Part shown: piece by piece, positions 34,900 through 48,800 of the stretch | How positions within the stretch are numbered: position 1 is the stretch's first letter | How the letters are laid out: every line of letters starts with the position of its first letter | Source of the DNA: Azolla caroliniana | Lineage: Eukaryota > Plantae > Polypodiophyta | NCBI GenBank assembly: GCA_043228905.1 | Contig: JBHGNT010000012.1 | Coordinates: forward strand, 6,076,001-6,140,000 | Direction: 5' to 3' | DNA length: 64,000 bases | Position numbers and translations under genes: made by a program | The notes under the pieces: model-generated | What the model was told of the DNA's origin: nothing | The model's database searches: none | Seen by the model: only the letters and a program-made list of their open reading frames with translations

Positions 34900-37800
34900 T
34901 ACAAGAACATCATTTAAATACTTATAGAATTTCTCGTTATGTTTCTATTCTACCTGGAAACTGGGACATGTTTTGGTCTCCCGTAGTAGGTTGCACAGAA
35001 GTCCGTGGAGGGGTTTGTATGGCTATTTCACAAAGGTGGATTTCATCCATTATCCAAAAACAAGTGGTTATTCTGGGAAGGGCTCAATTTGTTATTATAC
35101 AAGAGGAAGAGATTACATGGGGACTTTTGAATATATATGATCCCAATACTGCCTCAGCTCGGCAACAATTTTGGAAGGATTTCGTAAATAATTTGCCTCT
35201 TGATTGTTGGTGTATTGCTGGTGATTTCAATATGCTTGAGGACCCCATCGATAGAATGGGAGGTAGCTCAATCACGATACATGGCCATGAATTGGCAATA
35301 TGGGAACAATTGGTGTTTTCCTTACAAATGTTAGACGCTTGGCATGCTCCTTACATGGTTCATACAAACACCTCACTTTTGTTTTCAAGATCAGATAGGC
35401 GTGTAAATGGTACTAATCTATCTCACTTGGATAGATTTTACTTATCGGGCAAATTTCTTTCAACAACTGGTACAATGCATATAATGCCAGGAACTACCTT
35501 TTCTAATCATGCTCCAGTTTTCTTTCAGTCTCGACTCATAATACTAAAGAATTTTCCGATCTGAAAATTCTTGAAAATCCGTTGTTAGACAATAGTTTTT
35601 CATTACAAGTGATTGAATTATGGTGGCAAAAAGATGTTGTGCAAGAATCAATAACTATGCGGGTAGCTAATGGCTTACGAAGTATTTCAGAATTTTTCAG
35701 GTGTAAATATAAGGAAAGGGTTTTTATGATGAAAGAAAAGGAGAAAAGGTCTCGTACTTCTCTTGTTTCTTTACAACGGTTACAAGAATGTTATCCACAT
35801 TGTACTTGGATTGCTGAGAAACTTGGGTCAGCAAAACAAGAACTTGTTGAACTATTAGAAAATCGTGCAAAATTTCAATATCATCGCATGACATCTAATT
35901 GGACTCAAATGGGTGACAAATGCACAACTGAGTTTTTTCATGCAATGAGACCCAATTATAATGCGATTCCACTCAAACAACTACAACATGAGAATGGGAC
36001 CATCTCATCTGACCCTCAAGTAATGAGAGAAATAGCCAAACGATACTATTCTAACCTATTATCAGTTATTTCCTTTTCCGATGAGGAATTATTATGTCGG
36101 TCATGTGTATGGAATAAGCTAAATCCAAGAATAACACAAGATATGAATGTACATCTTCAGGATGTTCTTACTTGTGATGAATTGAGTGAAGCACTTCAAG
36201 CTTTGCCGAAAAATTGTTGTCCAGGTATGGATGGTCTAACCCCATCATTCTTCATTAAATATTGGGACATATTCAAAGCATATTTATGCACAACATTTCA
36301 GCAAATTCTTCGAGAGGGTAATATGCCTTCCCAGTTTATAGAAGGATTAATTTACTTTATCCCTAAATCAGACGATCCTTCACTTGACATCAAGAAATGG
36401 CGGCCGATTACGCTACTAAATACAATATATAAAATCCTAGCTAAAGCAATTAGTATACGACTTAGTACTATAATGCCTACAGTTATGCACCTGACTCAAA
36501 CAAGATTCATTCAAGAAAGGAGTATTTTGGATAATGTTTATACATTTTGGGAATATGTGGCCTTGGCAACCAAATCTAATCAAAAGTTGGCCGTTGTTAT
36601 GCTCGATTTTGAAAGAGCCTATGATCGTGTTGATTGGGAATTTTTACAAGGAGTATTGGCTCGTTTTGTGTTCTCGAAAGAATGGATAAGAGGTATTTCC
36701 TCATTATATAATGTTGCACAAAGCCGAGTCTTATTGGCTGGGATATATGGTCCTTCATTCTATATTTCTCGCTCAGTTCGCCAAGGTTGTCCTTTGGCCC
36801 CTTCCTTTTTTTGTTTTTTGTTGAGGCAATGATTTCTTTTTTTAATGTTGTTGATAGTGGCATACGGGGACTATGCATTCCACTCTTACATATAGAAGTA
36901 AGGGATGCTGAATTTGCAGGCGACACTGCCCTATACTTAAAAGGTGATTTGGAAAATTTGCAAAAGACAGGATTGACCATATCCACATTCTATAAGGCTT
37001 CAGGTGCACTGGTTAATTGGAACAGGTCCTTTGCATTTTGGGTGGGAGATGTAAATCCTCCGTTATGGAATCCACATCCACAATTTCGATGGATACCATT
37101 AGGTTGCCCAGTTCGGTACCTAGGATGTACTATAGGTATTGATCTTTCGATGGAAAATCAAGTGGCTCCCCTCCTATTGTCATTGAGGCAAAAGTTGTTA
37201 TTATGGAGTTCAGCCAAGTTGTCTTTCGTTGGTCGGATTGTAGTTGCCAATCATGTTTTATTGGCTTCAACATGGTATGTTTTGTCATGTTGGATATCCT
37301 CCAAGTCATGTATTTGGAAAATACACAGACTGATTTGTAATTTTCTATGGTCCAGTAAAACGGAAAGCAATGCTCGGTCTAAAATGAAATGGGATGTTAT
37401 TAACTTACCTCGCTCTAAAGGGGGACTAGGTATTGTTGATCCAGTAGACCAATCAAGAGCATTATTAAGTAAGTTGCTCATTAGAGGATTTATGCCGAGG
37501 AAAGAGATATGGAAAGTACTATTGCTTGACTGTTGTTCAGATTACTCTCCTCGATTAGGTGCCCCCCGGTCTAAGGATGTAAATTAGATATTTAGGGAAA
37601 ATTTTAGAGTACCTGCAGCTAACAAGTGGGAAGACAAGTTTATTAGAACATTATTTTCAGCATGGAAACAAGTATTACCTGGTTTGCTTCGCAATAAACC
37701 TAAACTCAAACATGATCTTGAGTATCTCAGACGAAGGATAGTCTGGAATCTGTTGTTTACAACATCAGATGGTTTAGTGTCGGGTTCTAGACAATGGTTA

Positions 37801-39103
37801 TCATGGGGGAAAATGACAAAAGGTCTTGTAAAAACAGTTCAGACATGGCAACGTTTTTTATCGCGTTCATGGGAAGAACAAAAAGAAATCCTAGGTAGTA
37901 TGCATGGTGGACAAATAATGTATCAACAAATTCAAGATGCTATGAGTAGATTCCCCATTCCACCCAATAACTCTAACCACATATGGGTTGGGGTTTATTC
38001 AAGATTGGAAGTACTCTTGGCTGTTAAGGGATATTCAGATGATAAGACCTACCGATCTTTTGAGGTGGATGAAGCAAACCAATTGACACAGTCGGGGGAA
38101 ATGAGGATAGATTACCCTTATGCTATGGAACACAAGATAAGAGTCATCGGATATGCTAACCGGAAATGGTATATTGATCCAATGATTGAGGAAATAACGA
38201 CACATTGGAAGTTGTGGGTGTTGGATAAATAATTGGTATTCATATTAGAATGGGATCCAGTTGATTATCAGTGGACGGATCCTTTTACGGGTAACAAGTT
38301 TAATTTCTTCCAATATTCTATACAATTAGGAAGACATGTGCTTTCAGATACACGAGATGTGATACCAGCTGCATTTCAATATTGGAATCAACAAGGTATT
38401 ACTCCCCAATTCCTTGCAAACTTCTGGGTGGTATTATGGGCAAGAAAACAATTGCATCAAATATTGCATGTATAGTGGTTACTTGTACACCAAGCCTTGC
38501 CGGTTGGCACATGGTTGCATAGGATGGGAGTAGATTCTACCTGTGCACGATGCCATTAACAAATGGAAACTCAAAACATTGCTTATGGGAATGTACTGAG
38601 TCTCAACTGATATGGCAATGTCCCCTTAGAATTTTTGATAACTATTTCCCCCCATTGGTTTTCACTTGGGGCATGGTGGTTTGGACATCTCTTGTTCGTG
38701 ATGCATTTCATTATGACACTGAATCTATGGACCATGGATTTTACACTAAACCTGGAAGTGTTCATATAGTACCATTGTTGTCATTACAATTTATAGGAAC
38801 ACGAAAGGAAGTCCAACCAGTATGGGAGATATTGAGTAGTACCACTATATATCACATTTGGAAGGTTAGGTGCTCTCTTATTTTCCATCAGCTTAAAACA
38901 CCACCGGCTGAATTGGTTTCAAATATTTGGTTAGACATAGTTCATACTTTGAAGGGACAATGGGATGGTAATGTTGGAGATTCTGATGCTAAAATTGCTC
39001 AACGGCATGAGTTTATCACTATATGGAAAGCTACTCCATTCATGACAACCAACTGTCGTACTCCTTATTGACATTTTCAACCCCCAAAATGGTTGTTTGA
39101 TCT
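34900..39103 (+). mobile_element. 5'-truncated, degenerate L1-clade LINE ORF2 (APE endonuclease, RT, C-terminal zinc finger)
   Basis: LNIYDPN, WCIAGDFN, LDRFY, SNHAPV (endonuclease); WRPITLLNTIYKILAK, LDFERAYDRVDW, VRQGCPLAP, EFAGDT, RYLG, SKGGLGI (RT); CARC...HCLWEC at ~38540-38596. No poly(A); runs straight into CATA repeats. Confidence 0.92.
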
Positions 39104-39292
39104 TACATACGTACGTACATACATTACATGCATACATACATACATACATACATACATACATACATACATACATACATACATACATACATACATTACATGC
39201 ATGCATGCATACATACATACATACATTACATGCATACATACATACATACATACATACATACATACATACATACATACATTACCTGCAATACA

Positions 39293-39323
<31 letters not shown>

Positions 39324-39505
39324 CATACATACATTACATGCATACATACATACATACATACATACATACATACATTACCTGCAATACATTACATACATAC
39401 ATACATACATACATACATTACATGCATGCATGCATACATACATACATACATTACATGCATACATACATACATACATACATACATACATACATTACCTGCA
39501 ATACA

Positions 39506-39536
<31 letters not shown>

Positions 39537-39765
39537 CATTACATGCATACATACATACATACATACATACATACATTACCTGCAATACATTACATACATA
39601 TAATACCTACATACATACATTACATACATTACCTGCATACATTATGTACATACATACATACAAATTTACAATACGTACATACATACATACATACAAATTT
39701 ACAATACGTACATACATACATACATACAAATTTACAATACGTACATACATACATACATACAATTC
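39104..39765. repeat. Compound (CATA)n array with higher-order structure
   Basis: CATA runs punctuated periodically by CATTACATG and CATTACCTGCAATACATTAC; ends with three ACAAATTTACAATACGT units. Confidence 0.97.
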
Positions 39766-40095
39766 ATAGAAGAAGAAGAAGAAGAAGAGCTTCATCTTTC
39801 TCTTTCTCTTTCTCTTTCTCTTTCTCTGGGAAAAGCAGGCGAAGCGAGCAGTTACAGAGCAGAGCACCCCTTTCCGATGGCTTCTTCTTCTTCTTCTTCT
39901 TCTTCTTCTCTGTGTATGGTGATCGTTCCATTTCCATTTCACACTCCTCCATCTCCCCTCCCCCTTTCACCACTCCATGATCACCATCCCCCGCGTCCTT
40001 ACTGTAAAGATATATGCCCACTGCAGCCCTGCCTCTCCACTTGAGGAACACCAGATGAAAAGTCCCATTGTTTCTTCTCTGTGATCAAGAGAATC

Positions 40096-43000
40096 ATGGT
40101 TGCTTCCCCTGCGACTACTACCACTAGTACCAACAGAGGATCTGCTTCCTTACCGTACCAATGGATCCTTCTCCTCTGCGGAGCAAGCTTCTGTGTTGGC
40201 CTCTTCTTCACCAACAGGTCGGGTTTTCATTTTGTTTACCCATTGCGTCCTTTCTCCTCGTAAAATCGATGTATGTCACATGTGTATATATATGTCATCA
40301 TTCTCTCAGTTTGTATACACATGAAATTAACAGGATGTGGGTTCTTCCTGACAATCATGAACTCAATCAACATTGGAGTGTGCAGTTGGGATGTGGAAAT
40401 GGGCCAGTAAGTTTGTTTGTATTGAAATCAGAAATATTTTACACTGTTTAATGAGAACATTTCTGTAATTCCTCTTTTATAACCAGAAATGCAAGATTTT
40501 CTGTTGTTTAAAACGAAAATTGCAATAATTTCCTTGCTTTTCAGTTATGGTGGCAGCGCAATTTTCCTTTGTCAGTAGCATCCGTTTCATTGTTTATACT
40601 GATAGTAGCTAATTCTTCTGCTGTTTATACTGACAATGTCAACATTTGACACTCAGTTAATATTGATAGTGGCTAATTTTCTAATAACCATAGCAATCTG
40701 TTCCATTGCATGCACTGATAATGCTGATAATGTCAAGTTTTTGCACTATTTATAATGGCAAGGGTATCCTTTTCCATTGTTTATAAGGATAAGTGAGAAA
40801 TTTTCAATTGTTTATAATGATTGTGAGAATACTGATACTTGATGTTTCTATGAAATTTATAAAGATAATGACAAGCTTTTCCACTGTAAATGCAAAATTT
40901 TCAACCGTTTAGAAGGATAATGGCATGCCTTTCACCGTTTATAATGATAATGACAAGCTTTTCTACGTAGCCTGTTCAGCCTCATAAAGCCAACCTTTCC
41001 CACTGTTTAGTGATAATGACAAGCCTTTCCGCTTCTTTTACTGATAATGGCAAGACTTTCCACAAGTTTTTCCACTGACAATGGCAAACCTTTCCATTGT
41101 TTATACTGATTATGGCAAAACTTTCCATTGTTTTTTCTGATAATGCTTTCTCCATCAGGCAGAAGGAAATAAGGATTCAACAGCAAACAATGTTAGGGTC
41201 AAGAAATCTCCTAGGTAATTGGATCATGTTCACATGTAACACTCATATTAAGCAGCCTTTCTCTGTGACAATAGTATTCACATGTTTATTAGTTAGTCAT
41301 TATGACTTTCTTTTTTTTACAGGTCTGAAGGGATTCTGCTTCAGACTTATATGGATCGTGATACAAAGATACAATCAGATTTGAAAGTTACTCCAAATGC
41401 CTTGGAAGAAAATTGGCAAAGCAACATGTCAGAAAGCCGCCAGAAAGCATTCGTTGTGATAGGAATCAACACTGCATTTAGCAGCCGAAGGCGTCGAGAT
41501 TCAGTACGAGAAACATGGATGCCAAAAGGTAATGGTCACAAACGTTTAATAAATTCTCGATTTAAGTACCCATGAATGATTTAAGTTGCTTGAATCAATC
41601 TTATTCATGAATGATTTAATATTCATCTGAAAGTTAGGCGAGAAGATGAGGCAATTAGAGCAAGAGAAAGGAATCGTTATCAGATTCGTCATTGGACACA
41701 GGTCAAATTCTCTTTCGATTTTATGGATGTAATCACAGAATGCTGTGTATTCATTAAGCAGTTCTCTTGGACTGAAGACCAATAAATGTATCATTTGCCT
41801 TTGCAGTGTTACAGCTGGCGGCATTCTCGATCGTGCTATTGAAGCAGAAAACAATCAACATCAAGATATTCTTAGGCTGGTTGGCACCACATCATTATCC
41901 AAATCTTTTGGTTATTCAGTTCTTCTTTTATAATTGCATTAGAAAGCAAATAATGCTGTGATATCCTTAGAGTGGTTATAACCACATCTTTATCCAAATG
42001 TTTTTGAGATTTTTTCTACATCTTGTCTTCGTATACGAGTGCATACTGTTGTGGTGATTGAGAATTAAAGTTTATTTGTTTTATTGTTCAGGGGCATGTG
42101 GAGGGTTATCATGAGCTGTCTGCCAAAACAAAGCTTTACTTTGCAACCGTTGTAACCATGTGGGATGCAAGCTTTTATGTCAAAGTGGATGACGATGTAC
42201 ATGTCAATCTGGGTAAAGGAATTGACTCAGATGAGATATACATGTTCTGAATACTATCGTGCAGTTGGGTGATCGATACTTAATTAAACAAGAACACATG
42301 TTTTGGAATGTGTGCAGGGGCATTATGCTCAATTCTATCTGAACTGCGTGCAAAACCCCGTGTGTATATAGGCTGCATGAAGTCAGGCCCCGTGCTTGCT
42401 CAGAAGTAAGTGCACATTAAAAGTACCTTAAACTAGATACCAAGCATGCACACACATGTGAGTGCGGTTGCATAAACTTGGGACTCTAAACCTTAATCTC
42501 TAAGCCATAAAACATATCAAAACACACACACACACACACACACAGCTAGAAGTGCACATTAAATCATAACCATAATCCTATCTGTACATGAAACCCGAAA
42601 AGTCAGGCCCTGTGCTTGCTCAGAAGTAAGTGCACATTAAAAGTACCTTAAACTTGATACCAAGCATGCACACACACACATGTGAGTGCGGTTGCATAAA
42701 CTTGGAACTCTAAACCTTAATCTCTAAGCCATAAATCATATCAAAACACACACACATAGCGAGAAGTACACATTAAATCATAACCTTAATCCTATCTGCA
42801 CATGAAACCCGAAAGTTTATCTCTGAATTTTAAGTCACATCAACACCCATATGCATATGAGCATAGCTTGTCTGCATTTATGGGTTGTATGAAGCTAGGC
42901 ATGATTTTTGTCCCAATGCTCTTAAGTAAATGTACACTAAACTCTATGTTCTAAACCAAAAATTTTAGGGCATTCCCATATGATAAATGGATCATTACCT

Positions 43001-43625
43001 TTGAGGGTATTTTGTGAGAATGCAAGTGGAATAAAGTAGCCCTTTAATTGCAGGGGGGTCCGATATCATGAACCAGAATATTGGAAGTTTGGGGACGAAG
43101 GGAATCGATATTTTCGGCATGCGACTGGGCAATTATATGGCCTTTCTAAAGATTTGGCAACATACATACATGAAAATGAGTAAGATTTTTAACACGCACA
43201 TTATCTCAACACAATGGTTCTTTCTTGAACTCGATAATAACCTGTCTAGAAATTTTGACAGGAGGTTACTTCATAAATATGCAAATGAAGATGTCTCATT
43301 AGGAGCATGGCTAATTGGGCTTGATGTGGAGCACATAGATGACAGAAGGCTATGTTGTGGAACTCCACCAGGTCAACCATGATAATGTTTGAAATCATTT
43401 TAAGGTGGTAAAAGCTGTTGAGGACTGATCTTTCACTCTTTTATTAACCAAGTCAATGTATTGTTTATTGGTGTAGATTGTGAGAACAAAGCAAGAGGAG
43501 GGAATGCCTGTGCGGCATCATTTGATTGGTCATGTAGCGGGATATGTCGTTCGGTAGAGAGAATAAAAGGAGTTCATGAGCGTTGCACCGAGGGTGAAGA
43601 GGCAGTGTGGAATATTACACTCTAG
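40096..43625 (+). CDS. B3GALT: Beta-1,3-galactosyltransferase, GT31 family (~11 exons)
   Basis: Approximate exons 40096-40217, 40334-40406, ~41159-41214, 41323-41528, 41638-41701, 41807-41879, 42092-42212, 42318-42405, 43054-43179, 43262-43371, 43476-43625 with GT-AG borders. N-terminal TM segment ([17 protein letters not shown]); [59 protein letters not shown]. Confidence 0.93.
40570..41150. repeat. Degenerate ~30-bp minisatellite filling intron 2 of the GT31 gene
   Basis: Recurring TTTCCA(C/T)TGTTTATA(C/A)TGATAATG(G/A)CAAG-like units. Confidence 0.7.
42380..42814 (+). repeat. ~220-bp tandem duplication covering the end of exon 8, its donor site and adjacent intron
   Basis: AAGTCAGGCCC(C/T)GTGCTTGCTCAGAAGTAAGTGCAC...AAACCCGAAA occurs at 42380 and 42600. 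Confidence 0.9.
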
Positions 43626-45890
43626 GTCAAAAGCAAAGGTTAACAATCATGACCACAATTTCTCTCCTCTGTCCTCTTTAATTGTGCCAGAGTACATGGC
43701 ATCCTTTTAAGAGTGTAAAAATGGGCATAAAGTTCCCAATTCTCTACAAGAGAGGGTTTCTAGTCAATACCCTTTTTTATAAAAGCTAACAAGTGAGCTG
43801 TAACCATGCATTCATCCCTGAAAAGTATCATGATCCATACATAAGTGAGGTGATTTCACCCATCCCACATTTAGAAGATTTTTTTGGTGACCTCTGACAC
43901 GCTGAGTTTCTCTCATTTGATTACCACCACAACCAACGAGAAAGTGGATGGAGATTATTGCATGTTTGTAAAATGAGCATGTGACTTCCAATTTCAAAGG
44001 AAGTCTTCACAGAGGTACTGGATGGAAAATTCCACCACATTTCTACCATGTTACAATACAGTGGATGGTGTAACTGGATATGTTATATCAGTAAAATTAT
44101 GGATCTCTAATTCTTGGACCAAATTGATAGTAAAGTACTCTTGATCTTTTAATGTGTTGGATCTTGATTAGAGATAAATAGAGGAATACTCCTAAACCTA
44201 AGACTACTCAAATTGCCACCTTGTAGAAATGAATTAATAATCATTGATGTGGTGGTAGGAAAGTTCAAACCTTTCCCTAGATATTTGTTATCCATTAGAA
44301 CTCTCTCCCTGTTTTCTCACTGTTTATCTAGACGTACTCTACTAGGTAGCACTGGTTGCTAAGTATTTTGGCAAACAAGTCCTTAATTTGAGGATGAAAG
44401 TTATCTGTTTGGTTGAAAGATGAAAGATAATTGTTCTATTGGGAAAGTATTTTCTGCAATCTTGAATATTTTGAGATTTGAAATCATTCATGATTATGTG
44501 CTAAAATCTTATTAGTGTGATAAACAAATCTGCACAGCATTTTACAGAATATGACAACCTTACACAACATTTCCTTACACAACATTTCTCATGACATCAG
44601 TACGTGGTATTTTTGAAACCTCACTTTCACTTCATAAACTTAACTTTTGGTCATTCTTTCATATTCATGTTAAGCATAAATCATTTCTTCCATTTACATA
44701 ACAGTTGCTAATACTCTTCCACTTCAATTACATGAATTCAAATGTTTCTTTGGATTTTCTTGTATAAAGTTCATTGTGTTGATATAAATGTGATTGTGGT
44801 AGCATACAATACAAACTATCCTAAACATAGCTAGCGTAACATTCACAAGGCCTCAAATTTCTCATGGTTCTCATGGCTATGCGATTTTTGGCTCGCTGAA
44901 AAGACAATGTGCACATATCTTATTGAAAATACACTTAAAAACAACTCTTCACTATAAGAGTAGAAACATAGGAACCAAGCCTTCCTAGAGAACATACTTG
45001 AACCTTTAATCTCAATGATTGCCCACGCATTAAGGGGCAACGCATTGATGCCCCCACAATATAATTTGGAAGATTGGAGTAGCCCCAATAGTTACTAAGT
45101 TGATGTTATGGTTGATGCCTAATATTCAACAAATTGGGGAAGGTCCCAACGTAGAAGTACACAAGATTGGCACTCATGTCAGCAAAACATTTGGTCGAAC
45201 ATGGAGGTAATAATTGTTAGTGTGCTAAAATGCAAGAATGGTTCCAATTAAATGGCATAAATATAAATGCACTACCCACATCCCAATATACATGACCGAA
45301 AGTGTAAAAGAATTGAGTGATCCGCATTGATATCATTAAATTGGTTAATAAAAGAGCATGCATGGATCAGCCCCAAAACATCTAAATACCAATCGATGCC
45401 ACTCGATGCATATAAAGCTCCGGTATCACAATCCCTCAAATTGAGATCACGAAAACCAAAACCTTCTTTATGTGCAAAAGGAAAATATGAATTCTGCCAA
45501 AAGAAAGCATATGTACATTGATTCAACAAACATGATCACTCTGTACAATTTTATCTTCGCATTCATGTCCTCTCCCGTTAGGAAACCATATCCTGGTGCT
45601 GCCATTAGATGAAAGATGATATAAAATCAATTCTGTGAGATGAGAGATTTTGCTAGAGACAAACATGTCTGATCTTTATACCCAAAATTATTAAAAGTGC
45701 CCTGTAATATACAGAAAAACGAAAAGACTCCTTATGAAACCGCTATTGGGTCTCAAAGAAAACCACCTGCACAAGGGAATCGTAAACTTCTCTTCTCCTT
45801 AATCGAATCCAGTTCATCTTAACACAGCTTTTTACTTGCATTAGAGTTGCGCGATTCACCAGCACGCCTCAATCACATCTTAACTTGGAT

Positions 45891-48800
45891 TCAGGCCTCT
45901 GCTTCCTGCAAAGGGCTGTCAATATGAAGATATGATTTAGTACCTTATATTTAAGATTTTTATCATGGGTCTTTAGGAACCTTATAGCTTTTAGTTTTGT
46001 TTCAGTATGGATAACCTTAAGTCACCCATATTTGAAATCATGATTTATGGGCAGATTTTGGCCTCTAGTAGATATTTATATTTCTCACTTCTCATAAAGG
46101 GCTATCAATTAGATACAATTTATCGGCCTTTGCAACGTATTCCCCCTCTCCTCATTTCCATACATACACTACCATACAACATGATCACTAAACTTTAGAG
46201 CCTACCATTACATTATCTCCATCCCTCTCTTTTCAACCACATATACCACATTACAATATGAACTGATCTAAATCTTTCAATCATATTACCTCTATCCCTC
46301 AGGCTCACACACAGTTACAAATAATCCTCAACCCCAAAGTCTTTGATCATATAACTAGTTTAGCTAAAACCTAAATCCTTCTATCATATTTTTTCTAAAT
46401 CTTTTGTCAATATCTACAACTATTTCAATGTTATACTTATTGAAAGAATTATGTTTCAAACATGCGTTATGGTCTGACTCTTGACTGAACAATAGTACAT
46501 TTCAGTTTTCTACATGTAAATTTAGACTTCCCTTTTGCACTCCACTGCATCCATTTCATGTTCTCCCCACTGTGGTCTACAATATGACACGAACTAAAGC
46601 TTTTCATCATGTTACCTCCCCCTTTTGCCCTAAAACATGCCACTATGAACTAGCTTCTGTCGTATTATTATTGTTGTTGTTATCATTACCTTTGCTCCTC
46701 TAGGTGGAGTTCCAAATCGGGGCAATCCTCCGGGATTGTAATTTATTTTGGGCTTTTTATCTGCTGGTTTCAAAATCTGGAAGGAGCACACAAGGGATTC
46801 ATCCACACTCATCATCGCCCCTGCATTGTCAAACTCCCCACAATAATTTGGGGCAGAGAAGATGGTTACCAGATGCCGCTCAGCAAAGAACTCATAACCT
46901 TCCTCAACCACCTGCAAATTGAGGAATCATCATCAGCTTATTACATATATAGACTTCAATATAAGAAAAAGAAACTAAGAAACAAATCCACCATTTCCAA
47001 CATAGCTTCACACCTGATGCGCCCGACAGACAAGGTCGAGATCATGCTTTTCCAGGAATTCATTTACTTTATCGGTTCCAAAGGTAAATGAAACGCCTCT
47101 GTCATTCTCCCCCCATCCCATTATTGTTTTGTCTGGATCAGCCCATAGTAAATCACATAAAAGCCCCTGATCTGGAACATCTGTAGGTCGGGGTATATTC
47201 CGTATTTGATCCAAATTAATTAAATCAGGAGAAAGCCCACCGTGCATGCACAGTATCTTCTCGTCAATGAGAGCAGCCACAGGTAGGCAATTAAAACATT
47301 CTGTGAACGCCCTCCACAGCTTTATATTGAACCGTCGCTTGCATTCATCATAAAAACCATAGATTCGATTGATTGAAGCACATTCGTGGTTACCCCTAAG
47401 AAGGAAAAAATTCTCTGGATATTTTATCTTATAAGCAAGGAGAAGACATATAGTTTCCAGGCTTTGTTTGCCTCGATCTACATAATCCCCGAGAAAAAGG
47501 TAATTTGCTTGTGGGGGCAAGCCGCCGTATTCAAAAAGTCTCAACAGGTCAGAATACTGCCCATGAATGTCACCTACACATGGGAAAAAAAAAACCCAGA
47601 ATTTCAAAAATTAAGGCATTAATTGACACCTTATAGCACAATATGCTTTCAAATAGAGAATGAGAAACCTTATTACATGAAGGGGGTCTAATGCAGTGAT
47701 ATGAAGAAAGGGGGTAATCCAGTCCAATAATACCAAACCATATATACAGGAAAATTCACCAGACATACATTCAAACCTCGTGGGATACAGAAGCAATTCT
47801 GCTGGTGCTAAACTCTGAAGTCAGGAAATTAATAATGCACAAAACACATTACAGAAACAATTATACTCTATAATGAAATGCCTCTAGATTGATCACAATG
47901 CGTCTGGCACCAGCTATGCATACTGCCATGGAAAGCTTCAATTTTTGGTGTTCTATGGCTGAAAGCTTAGCTGTAGAAATTTGAAGATGATAAAAGATGT
48001 GTCAGTACCCATTCTAGGGCTGTTTTAGTAAAATGACATGGTGATTTATCTGGTTTTTCAGTGGCCTTTGATCCATGGTAATTTCTCCACCTCTTATCAC
48101 ACAACGGTTGCCCAAATTCAGTTCAAATAACAAAGATACTAACTTTCAGTATGTGAATGAATTCATGTCATTGCATGCATTGCCAAGAAAAGCCACTCAA
48201 ACAAGAATGACATTGACCCCTAAAGGACATCAACTACGGCAGGAAAAACTACCACTAGTCAAGAAATGGCTAAAGTTCAAGTTGTTCCAAGTACGCCCAC
48301 ATCAAAGTTGGTCTTGTAAGTTAATGTTGCTGCTCTCTAACAAATTTTACTGCACCACAGTCCTCTATGAAAATCATAATTTCCATGATATGTACAGTGT
48401 CTCTTTTTTGTTTTTCCTCATTGAATGGGCATCACCTGCAAGATAGAGAGGAAAGTGCAATTACATAGAAGACTATTTTCCAGAGAATGTTGAGTCTTGT
48501 GGACAGATTTGCCACATTATTGACCTTTATCGATAAGAACAATAGTACATGAGTGCAAAGGGGCAAAACTGGACATGTTTTGAATGTGATACTCAGCAAT
48601 TTCTATAGTTCTGTAGAGGCAGTATACAATTTTTTCTCTTCTGCAAAGGATATTGGAAACACCTGGGAATGGTAACGCTTTCAGGAGCTTCAGTGAGAAA
48701 GCAGGCAGCATGAAGCTGGTGTGACTGGCTGAATAACACCGGTATGCACCACCGGCAAACCAAGTAAATCTCACCATGTACCCAACATCATGGTGCAATG

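Noticed and set aside
39093-39980. Long HTYI/MYVC-repeat ORFs (also at 34304-34679)
   Set aside because: Translations of the (CATA)n microsatellite, which lacks stops in several frames; no protein signal.
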